This document shows, piece after piece, positions 31,822-40,479 of a DNA stretch of 64,000 bases. The notes beneath the pieces were generated by a model, which saw nothing but the letters and a program-made list of their open reading frames with translations, was not told where the DNA came from and did no database searches. How positions within the stretch are numbered: the first letter of the stretch is position 1; the number at the start of each line of letters is the position of its first letter. Location of the stretch: the NCBI GenBank assembly GCA_963663765.2, contig CAXXUA010000004.1, positions 192,001-256,000 of the forward strand. The letters are read 5' to 3'. The stretch is from Candidatus Poribacteria bacterium (GTDB lineage Bacteria > Poribacteria > WGA-4E > WGA-3G). A program made the position numbers and the translations under genes.

Positions 31822-32547
31822 CACGGTTGGCCAGTGTATGTGACTTCTTTATGGCCGCTGGAAGCTGCTGAATTGAAACTTACACTTCGTGTTGCAGAAG
31901 AGTCCTCTTTTTTTTCAAACTCTACAGATACTGAGTGTCCAGATGTTCTGCCTCGTTAACCACTCTCTCTTGTGGATATTCTCTACTAAGTTTAGTTACT
32001 TTATACCTTTTGTTTCGTGTGTGAATTCAGTTTCGCTTTCAACAACTTCATAACTACCCTTAACCTTGATCCTGACTTTATCAGTAGTCGTTAAAGATTT
32101 ACCTGTTAACCATTTATATGTACCTTCACATACTTTCACCTTGAGAGCAATAGTAGTATGGCGAGGTACTGGGTCCCCATCAATAATATCATCAAAATCA
32201 TAAAATGGTTCAAATCCATCAATACCAGTTATGTTTGAAGACGCCTCTGAAGGTACCCAGTGTCCTCTGCAATAAGCGACGCGTTGAAGGGTATCACGAA
32301 ACCCTCTATTATTGCAACACCAACCATAAACAAATTGATTGTGATACCAGGTGTAATTTTCGACCATTATTGCCAAGTTAACAGTACCGAAAAGCGTTTC
32401 TTGGCTCTCAGTATAACGATCTCTTACCAGAATACCCACACCTCCATATGCGCTAACATTTTTTGCATCCAAGTAACCAACGAGATACCAACTTTCATTT
32501 TCAACTTCTTCTCTGGCGTAATAATTTGCAAAGGCGCCTTCATTCAT
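31822..32547 (-). pseudogene. Fragment of a Cys-containing beta-rich secreted protein
   Basis: 183-aa ORF without signal peptide; a shifted frame continues GRTSGHSVSVEFEKK...KEVTYTGQP* to ~31822. Confidence 0.55.
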
Positions 32548-33664
32548 TTAATATCTTCGTTTTAATAGCTTGAGCGTCAGGACTACCCGGATCATAAGGT
32601 GCCGGTTTTTCAGAAAGTAAATTGTAGTTCTCATCAATATAAACAATTTCTATGCCTTTCGGATGAATCCCATGCCGAATAAGATTTTCCTTATCTTTAT
32701 CGGACAATGGTGTTCCCCATAGTGTTGTAGCAGGACCATTTCTACGTACATACGTAAGGTTTGGTTTTGTTGGTAGATAAGTATCACCTTCAACTATCAT
32801 TCCTGTTACCTCTGGATTCTCTGCTTTCACATGTTTTAACGTCTCATGAAGCCAGATTTCTCGGTCAATAAAAGCGTTCTTATATTCTTCAAAAGTGGAA
32901 GAGGGTTGTATACCGTATTTTCCAGATGCCCATATCTCAGGGGTCTTTGCACGTTGTTCTAGGACATGTCTTGCTCCTAAATAGACTTCATAATCAAGAA
33001 ATTCCTCAAATCGCGCACCTTTATCTAAGAAAGTTTGTATCCACTCTGATCGGGGATACTTATCATCTATTCCTTTCGCTTTAGCATCACTACCGCCGGA
33101 AAAACGGTTATACGTTTCATCAAATTCTTCCGTGATAGCTTGGGGCACCTGTGGGCCTTCGTAACGTGGTGACTGAACTACTCCAGGCGGATTATTTTCC
33201 CTTTCTATAGCTTCCTCAACGGGTCGAGCTTCCGCCGTTACTGGTACGCCCCATCCTTTTTTTCTCCAAAACTCAGCCGTACCAGTAAAAAACTTTCGGT
33301 ATTTTTCTTCTAGTTTTGCAAGTTTTTCTGGTGTATCAAATCCATTAATGTATACCTCACTAGGAATACCATCATTCCAACGGTTATATAATATCCGTGC
33401 GATAGATAATTTTACATTGGTGTCAATCCATTCTTTCCACGTTATTGTTGGTTTTTTTATTAACCTTTCAATAGTGCCAGGGGGAGATGGTTGTAAATGA
33501 GGATATTTTTTACGCAGAGTTTCTACTTTCGTATCTTCAGCAGAAGTAAGAGAACCTTTGTTTGCAAACGTGGATAATTTTGTATGATAGAAGAGAAAAA
33601 ATACTCCACCTACAATAAATAAAATAATAAGGATCGTAGAGAGCAAATGTTTCTTCAGTTTCAT
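32540..33664 (-). CDS. Cassette membrane-anchored paralog P5 (lacks the conserved C-terminal domain)
   Basis: TM, YEGPQVPQAITEEFD, YPRSEWIQTFLDKG, GIHPKGIEIVYIDENYNLLSEKP; AGGAG RBS; ends at the linker. Confidence 0.8.
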   Translation of the reverse strand: MKLKKHLLSTILIILFIVGGVFFLFYHTKLSTFANKGSLTSAEDTKVETLRKKYPHLQPSPPGTIERLIKKPTITWKEWIDTNVKLSIARILYNRWNDGIPSEVYINGFDTPEKLAKLEEKYRKFFTGTAEFWRKKGWGVPVTAEARPVEEAIERENNPPGVVQSPRYEGPQVPQAITEEFDETYNRFSGGSDAKAKGIDDKYPRSEWIQTFLDKGARFEEFLDYEVYLGARHVLEQRAKTPEIWASGKYGIQPSSTFEEYKNAFIDREIWLHETLKHVKAENPEVTGMIVEGDTYLPTKPNLTYVRRNGPATTLWGTPLSDKDKENLIRHGIHPKGIEIVYIDENYNLLSEKPAPYDPGSPDAQAIKTKILNE

Positions 33665-33862
33665 GAATTTCTCCTTTCAAATTAACAAAATGTTGTGTCA
33701 ACTTTTCAAACTATTTTTCTGGTTTTGATGAATGAGTGCTGGTGTCTTGCCCATCAAAGCGACAAAACACCAGCATTAGTGAACCAACAATACAATAGAG
33801 TAGTTCGCTTTTTAACGAAAATACATACTAACTTTAGCAAAACAACACTTTCAACAGCAACT

Positions 33863-34085
33863 ATTATTGATAATAGTTATCTATATAATCATTAGTGTTG
33901 GTCACTTGCTTGCTTTGAAGTGAGCATACTTCCTTACCTGTTACTCCCATATCAAACGAATTCACAATTGCAATAGCTTTACCCCAATCACAATTTCCTT
34001 TAAACATTGCTTCTTTAGAGGGGTCAACTTTTACATCTACATATTCTCTCGTACCTTCTTCACCAATGGTTGCTTTCCAAGTTTT
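33863..34085 (-). pseudogene. Startless C-terminal fragment of a secreted-type protein upstream of P5
   Basis: Open frame TWKATIGEEGTREYVDVKVDPSKEAMFKGNCDWGKAIAIV...KEVCSLQSKQVTNTNDYIDNYYQ* with no start codon, abutting a TATAAT-containing promoter-like segment. Confidence 0.5.
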
Positions 34086-34772
34086 TCACTATTTTTGCAA
34101 ATTATACTATAGTTTCCTTGTTTTCGTCCAAACATGTCGGGATCCAGTTGATCAATGAGAGGTTATCAATCCCAGTCCCTATCTGATTTCAAAAGGGATC
34201 GAAAGGTCTCAAATCACGATACCCTACCTTTGAAACCCACATCATGACTGGGTACCAACATTTTCAAGGCATCTTTGTTATCGGAAAAAGCGATAAAATC
34301 GTAGTTTTTGTTTCCTTTTTCTTTGAAAGGTTCGTTCAAGTTCTGTGCTACCTTTTGAGGTATTATTTTCTCAATGCGGGTATGGGTTTGTGTGTGCTCA
34401 TAGTTGGTATGGTTTTCCACATTCATTGGACAAAAACAAGGTAGTTTGGACATATCCCGTTTGTTGCAAGTTAGTATTCAAAGGTGTTTCTATTTCTCTA
34501 CGAGTTTCACATATTCGTGAAACTGGAGAAAATACCGCACTCCAGCGTAGTGCTATGTGTTGGAACCCACATACCGCTCCGCTGGAGCGGAGTTGTTAGT
34601 TGACAATATGGCTATAAACATATTGCTCCGCTGGAGCAAAGAGAGATGCCGTTTTGTTCGTTGAGTATTGATTTGGTAACATAAGTGGTGAATCAATTTC
34701 GTATCAACTCATGATTGGAAAAAACTGCCTAAACGATAGTAAGTTATACACGCGAATTTAATTTTTATATAA

Positions 34773-35062
34773 CGACTTGTGCCAGTTAACCCATTGTTTT
34801 CAAAGTTTTTACATATATTAGGTTTATAATGCACACATATCGTCCCTACCAAATCAACGCCAAATGCGCGTATGGCATTTGTCGGGACTAAAGAGGATGT
34901 ACTATGACGTTTTCTATAAACATATCGTCCCTACCAAATCAACGCCAAATGCGCGTATGGCATTTGTCGGGACTGAAGATCGTTTCAAACTATGAAAGAC
35001 ACCTGCGAAACGTCATACTTATGTGAAACAATGATTAACATATAGTTATTTAGCACAACTCG
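34773..35062. mobile_element. MITE family B copy with two 34-bp inserts
   Basis: CGACTTGTGC...GCACAACTCG ends; flanks TTTATATAA/TTTATATAG. Confidence 0.85.
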
Positions 35063-35282
35063 TTTATATAGTGAAATATACAATTAAGTTTACACTTGTT
35101 CTGTAGGCGGGGAATGCCAATAGGCATTCATACAGTTGATTTCGATCTCCGAATCGCGACTGAACGCCTTGATAGTCGGGAATCGGAGTTCCCTCCTACA
35201 CCTGAATGTGTAAAAATAATTCTAAAATCTACTATAAAATTAAATTCTAACAAACTTTTACAACGACATAAAAATTTTAATA

Positions 35283-35623
35283 GGGTCAGGACTTACGCAG
35301 TTTTCATGATTTGATGAAGAATTATGACGAAAATGGTGTAATTTTCAGCATTTTTTCGGTTTCCAGCGCCAAATCAAGAAATCAACGGTATGAATGTCAT
35401 TTAGGCATTCCCCGCCTACCGTTGGGTGCGTAAGTCCTCAGGGTGTGTAAAGTCTTGGTTACTATGCGTAAGGGCGGGGTTTCCCCGCCCGATCAAAAAC
35501 TTTACACAGGCGAGGAAACCTCGCCCCTACGATGTCCACAGTTCGCTAACGTCCATCAAGTTTTGATAGAAACTTGATGGACTTCTTTTAATATCAGTGT
35601 TTCTACAAAAACTTTACACACCC
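35283..35623. mobile_element. MITE D (TIR GGGTGTGTAAAGT) with MITE A (35287-35439) inserted in its left end
   Basis: MITE D 9-bp TSD ATTTTAATA; MITE A 5-bp TSD AGGGT. Confidence 0.85.
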
Positions 35624-35651
35624 ATTTTAATAAAATTCCTCTGATACTGTC

Positions 35652-37289
35652 TCAATTTACTCGAATGATTCGCCGACCTGTGAAAGTTTGACCAAACATA
35701 TCAGTTGTACGAACGTAGATCACATGTGTACCTTTAGGAACGTCCGCAGGAAGTGTAGCTTGCCAGATGTGCATTGACTTTGTAACACCGTATAGAAGTG
35801 CTTTTCCTGTTTGTGGTGATTCAATATCTTCTTTCAGTAATGATTTCATAGTTTCTCGGAAGGAATTAAACAGTTTCCGTTCACGGTGGATTGCATCATC
35901 TCGTGCCTTTAGTAATTTATAGTATGGGTCTTTCTGCGGTGTGAAAGACATCGGTTTCCATTCCCCACCTTTACCCAGACGAAATTCAACCTTTGAACGT
36001 TTGTTTCCACCAAATACGTTTACAAGTACATCTGTATCACCAGTTTTTGTAGAAGCAACTTCCCATGGTGCAAATATGTTCATCTGATAGTTAGCAGGTC
36101 GCCGCGCTGCCTTAAACCGAATTGAATATTTGTTGCCACTGAATGTGAAGATACCATATCCGTTGGGTGCCCCGTCTCTCATAGTTGTGTGAGGAATGCC
36201 TACTTCATCAAGTGCACCCTGCCACCAGGTACCGGAAGTGGTTGCATGATTGTGGTGATGATGCGGGTCGTCTTCATGCAAACCGTCTTCTGCGCCGATA
36301 AAGTCATCCCGTTGAAAGTGTGTATGCGCTGACAACGATAAGGTGTGAGGACGATCTTCAAGTAGTTCCATTAGTTTCTTCAAGTCTTGCATCTGGGTCA
36401 ACGGAATATGCATGGAAACAACAACAAGCTTTTCTTTTGGAACAAAAGCAAGGTCATTTCTAATGAACGTCAACTGCCTTTCTCCTACCTCACTTCTGTA
36501 GGGAGGATTATCTTCTTTATCGGGTAGAAAATGGACATTATCAAAGTTGATAAAATGGACAGGTCCCCAGTCAAACGAATAACATGTCGGACCGTAAACC
36601 CGTTCAAATGTCTCATCAGCATAACGGTCATCGGTTGCACGACGGTTCATATCATGGTTACCGTAGACGTTGTACCATGGTATCCCTACGGTAGCAATCA
36701 CTTCATTAAGGGGTTGAAACAGGTTTAAATTGTCACCTACCAAATCACCGAGACTGAGTCCGAAAACTGCATCCGTGCTGATAACTTCTTCAATCACATC
36801 ATGAGCTAACCATTCAATCTCTTGCATATTTCTGGGTTGTGTGTCACCGAAAACGAGTACCTTGAAGGAATCAGGTTCGTGTTGTTTAATGAGTGGAAAA
36901 TCAATGGAGTTAGGTAATGGACCTGTGGGAGCAATGCCTTCGTACTTTAGTCCTTTTGGTGAGCCGTTCGGTTTGTGAATATAGTAAAATTTTGGGAGAT
37001 GGTTTTCATCAGTTGGTGTCATGTACCCACGTGGCTTAATGACAAATAGAATTGTGTCATCACTGACTTCAAGCGAGTATTTCCCATTTGCATCGGTTTG
37101 AACAACTTCCTGTCCATTAGAGACGCGAACACCTGACAAACCTTTTTCATTGGCATCCATCACTTGGTTGTCATTTGTATCCAGAAAAACAGAGCCAGTT
37201 GCGGTTGAATTTGCTGTTACTCTGTTTCCAATACAAGAAAAAATCGAGACAATTAATAAAACTACAAAAATCCATTGTTTGTAAAGCAT
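35652..37289 (-). CDS. Exported calcineurin-like metallophosphoesterase
   Basis: Signal peptide; GDTQP, GDLVGD, GNHD, HIP, AHTH motifs; N-terminal VSNG...TDANG domain. Confidence 0.9.
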   Translation of the reverse strand: MLYKQWIFVVLLIVSIFSCIGNRVTANSTATGSVFLDTNDNQVMDANEKGLSGVRVSNGQEVVQTDANGKYSLEVSDDTILFVIKPRGYMTPTDENHLPKFYYIHKPNGSPKGLKYEGIAPTGPLPNSIDFPLIKQHEPDSFKVLVFGDTQPRNMQEIEWLAHDVIEEVISTDAVFGLSLGDLVGDNLNLFQPLNEVIATVGIPWYNVYGNHDMNRRATDDRYADETFERVYGPTCYSFDWGPVHFINFDNVHFLPDKEDNPPYRSEVGERQLTFIRNDLAFVPKEKLVVVSMHIPLTQMQDLKKLMELLEDRPHTLSLSAHTHFQRDDFIGAEDGLHEDDPHHHHNHATTSGTWWQGALDEVGIPHTTMRDGAPNGYGIFTFSGNKYSIRFKAARRPANYQMNIFAPWEVASTKTGDTDVLVNVFGGNKRSKVEFRLGKGGEWKPMSFTPQKDPYYKLLKARDDAIHRERKLFNSFRETMKSLLKEDIESPQTGKALLYGVTKSMHIWQATLPADVPKGTHVIYVRTTDMFGQTFTGRRIIRVN

Positions 37290-37311
37290 ACGAACCCTCC
37301 TTATAAATGCA

Positions 37312-38253
37312 TTATTCCAATCCCCACTCTTTGCGAAGTTCCAGCATCGGTTTGTATTTCACACCTTTGTTGTAAAAATTACCCAGCCAACTACCATCTT
37401 CTCGGAAAAAGAAGCGATCGTCCTTTTCTTCTTTAGCAAGTTGATACCGTGTATCAATACTAATGCGGTAACGGTGAGATCGATTGGGAGCACTGCTGTG
37501 CATCATGTATAATCCAAAAATTACCACGTCACCCGGTTGGAAATGTGCAGTTGCCAGCGTGAATTCGAATTTGTCAACCATCTCACGCGGATTGGTACTG
37601 AACACGGCATCTGTCAAATCACTATCCATATCGGTCGCGCCGTAAGTAGACTTTATCTTATCATGCTGATGGGAACCGAGGCAGATGACGAGTGGACCAT
37701 TTTCCAGACCGATGTCTGTCAATGCACTCCACATCGTGTACCGGTTCTGTGTGCCGCGCCCAACGTATACGGTATCGTAGTGGAAATGGTTATGTCCACC
37801 TTTCGCCATACAACGCAGCCATCGTTTATCAAAGGTTATGACTGGTCCACCGAGAAATATTTCATAGAACCGCATTGTTTGCTTGCTATCAACAACATCA
37901 AGAATCGGTTTGGCATGCGCCACATCTGTTTGTCGAAAGAAGCTAAATGACCGATTTTCTTCACCAATTAAACCCTCTTCAACTGTCGTATCTGACTTTA
38001 ACCCACCACGTTGTTCAATAGCTTGTAATGTCCAATGTGCTGCTTTTTCAGCTTGTTCACGCTGATGGAAACCTCGTATAAAGAGATACCCATCCTCACG
38101 CATCCTTTCTTTTAGCGCATCAAGATTATTGAGAAGCGACGAAGAATCAACTAATTCAACTATGTCCTTACCAAATTGAAAACGATGCTCACCGAATTCA
38201 AATGATGTTCCTATTGGAATTTTTTCTGGCTTGTTCAATATCAATTTCGTCAT
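37312..38253 (-). CDS. Phytanoyl-CoA dioxygenase (PhyH) family protein
   Basis: HYD...H facial triad, ENGPLVICLGSH, GDVVIF...HSS..N.S..RISIDTRY. Confidence 0.88.
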   Translation of the reverse strand: MTKLILNKPEKIPIGTSFEFGEHRFQFGKDIVELVDSSSLLNNLDALKERMREDGYLFIRGFHQREQAEKAAHWTLQAIEQRGGLKSDTTVEEGLIGEENRSFSFFRQTDVAHAKPILDVVDSKQTMRFYEIFLGGPVITFDKRWLRCMAKGGHNHFHYDTVYVGRGTQNRYTMWSALTDIGLENGPLVICLGSHQHDKIKSTYGATDMDSDLTDAVFSTNPREMVDKFEFTLATAHFQPGDVVIFGLYMMHSSAPNRSHRYRISIDTRYQLAKEEKDDRFFFREDGSWLGNFYNKGVKYKPMLELRKEWGLE

Positions 38254-38309
38254 AATTCTTTATTAAATTATGAAAACTACGTAAGTCCTGATTAATAGAA
38301 TTAAGGTTT

Positions 38310-39113
38310 TCAATCATAGTTGCTTGGTCGGTGATCACCGAGGAGCCTTCTCTGTCGTGGGTTCGCCTGTGCGAGAATCGATGCATCAAACTGAAATTTA
38401 TTGAGATACGGCGGGTATTTCTGTGTAATCATCCGCTGTGCATAGTGTACCTGCAAAAGATAACGGGTTTCGTCACTCGTATTGGCAGAACCGCGATGCC
38501 AAACTTCACTGCGAAAAAGTACCACGTCCCCTGATTTGCACAAAATACTCTCTTCCCCCCGATTATTCCACTCGGTTGCACCATTGGGTGAGCAACCAGA
38601 GAAATGGCTGCCCGGGACAAACTTTGTTGGTCCTAATTCCTCGGACATATCATTGAGATAGTAATGTGCGGTGGTAATGAAGATTGGGACTTTGACGCGT
38701 GGGTCAGAACGGATATCTGTTGGCAGAGAGATTGGAAGCCAATCTGTATGTAACCCCTGATCTGGACGCCCGGGGCCTGTCAACCACGATTGCATACCGA
38801 TACAATGACAATCGCCGCCATGCACTGCTTCGGCAACTTCAACAATCGGTGATTTGTCAAGGAATTGGAGATACAACACGTCTCGATTAAACGAGTTATT
38901 GATGATTTTATTGAGGAATCCATCACCATTTTGAGGTTTTTGGTGCCGATCCAAACATTCTGGAATCGCCTTTAAACGATCCATAGTAGCTCGCAATTCA
39001 GCGACTTCCTTGGCATCAAGTACATTGGGAAAATAGACATAACCATCCCTTTCCAGTGCATCAACTTGGCTTTCTAAATCGTTGTATGCAATGAGTGATA
39101 GTTCCTTCGCCAT
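38310..39113 (-). CDS. Phytanoyl-CoA dioxygenase (PhyH) family protein
   Basis: QGLHTD, GPTKFVPGSH, GDVVLFRSEVWHRGSANTSDETR; GGAGG RBS before MAKEL. Confidence 0.9.
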   Translation of the reverse strand: MAKELSLIAYNDLESQVDALERDGYVYFPNVLDAKEVAELRATMDRLKAIPECLDRHQKPQNGDGFLNKIINNSFNRDVLYLQFLDKSPIVEVAEAVHGGDCHCIGMQSWLTGPGRPDQGLHTDWLPISLPTDIRSDPRVKVPIFITTAHYYLNDMSEELGPTKFVPGSHFSGCSPNGATEWNNRGEESILCKSGDVVLFRSEVWHRGSANTSDETRYLLQVHYAQRMITQKYPPYLNKFQFDASILAQANPRQRRLLGDHRPSNYD

Positions 39114-39238
39114 TTTTAGTCCTCCTTGAGGATTTAAAATTGTACAAAGTTTATTAATTAAACAAACGGACTGCTGCCTGTCCAATCGCCTGAATACAGC
39201 AAAACACCCTCAAAAGGTAGAGGTTAAGATTATTACCG

Positions 39239-39814
39239 TTATTCTGCTAATACAATGACACCGCAACCGATACGCATACCCGCAGCACCAGAAGGTTGTG
39301 AGGTAAAATCGTCCGCATCAGCATGGACTATAATACCTTTACCTACAACATCAATATCAGAACCGGTGCCGATTTCCCATAGATCAGAAGTCAATGTAAT
39401 ACTACCTGTTCCATCTTCTCCGACTGAGATATTCCCAATGTCTCCAAGATGAAACTCAGCTTCTCCCCACTTTCCGTGCGCAACACCTGTGGGATTCCAG
39501 TGGCCACCAGCAGATGTACCGTCGGGTGAGCTGCAATCACCGTTTTCGTGTATATGAACCGCATGAAGACCGGGGGATGCTCCCTGAATCTCAATCATGA
39601 GTGTGATTTGGTCGCCGTTTTGTGTGAAGATAGCTTCACCAGTTACACCACTGTCGTTTGATGAACCAATCATAGCGTTTGCTTGCTTTGCTGGCTCGGT
39701 TGTAATAACACCAGTCTGTCGGTGTACTCTTTCACAACCCACCAATATGACTGAAATACTAATAAATAGAAGAAATATAGACTTTACATATTTGGAAATT
39801 AATCCTATTTTCAT
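39239..39814 (-). CDS. sodC: Cu/Zn superoxide dismutase (lipoprotein)
   Basis: HAVHIHENGDC, SAGGHWNP, HLGDIGNI, IVHADADD, GAAGMRIGCGVI; lipobox LVGC. Confidence 0.93.
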   Translation of the reverse strand: MKIGLISKYVKSIFLLFISISVILVGCERVHRQTGVITTEPAKQANAMIGSSNDSGVTGEAIFTQNGDQITLMIEIQGASPGLHAVHIHENGDCSSPDGTSAGGHWNPTGVAHGKWGEAEFHLGDIGNISVGEDGTGSITLTSDLWEIGTGSDIDVVGKGIIVHADADDFTSQPSGAAGMRIGCGVIVLAE

Positions 39815-39921
39815 TGTTTTTCCTTTGTTAGAGTATGTTAATCTAACGTGTGTTAGACATTAAAATTGTTAAACAAACTGCTTTAAGTTATGAAATGTTT
39901 CTAAAAGACCTCACTCATATT

Positions 39922-40322
39922 TACTTGAGGGGTGTGCATAAGTAAATATAATTTTAAGCTTAAATCGTAGGTCGGGTGGAACGCAGTGTAACCCATAGGT
40001 GTCAACTTAAGAAAATATTGTTTGCATTTTCTCTTGTGGGAGGGGTTTTCAACCCCGATTTGAGCGGAAATGCACTAAAAAATCGGGGTTGAAAACCCCT
40101 CCCACAAGAGGTAAAATCCTTAAGTTGACACCTATGGGTGGAACGCAGTGTAACCCGACACAATCGTATCCAGTCTTACATGTCGGGTTTCGCAAACTCT
40201 ACACGACCTAAAAAATCTTGTCTTTTTGCACTAAGAGCGGTGTTCATCCACATATAGAAGTTTGTGACGTGTGTCACCATCTATGTTGATCCACAAGTTA
40301 TTTATGTACACCCCTCAAGTAA
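39922..40322. mobile_element. Composite inverted-repeat element containing a REP with MITE E (39995-40135)
   Basis: Outer inverted repeat TTACTTGAGGGGTGT...ACACCCCTCAAGTAA; MITE E flanked by a 21-bp direct duplication GGGTGGAACGCAGTGTAACCC. Confidence 0.75.
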
Positions 40323-40479
40323 TTGGACCTTTCTATAGCACAACCTGTTAGGTTGTGCTACAACACACGCAGTGTCTTAAGTTTGCTAAACACATAGATC
40401 ATAGTGTTCAGGTAAATCTAAAATTTACTATAAATATATACGCTCCTTGAAAAAAAGGATTTCTTGTGTATATTATTCA

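Noticed and set aside
23658-33664. Diversity-generating retroelement as the cause of paralog variation
   Set aside because: No reverse transcriptase in the window, and differences are block-wise rather than visibly adenine-specific
34214-34453. 79-aa ORF upstream of the cassette array
   Set aside because: No recognisable motif or RBS; may be a gene remnant but cannot be supported
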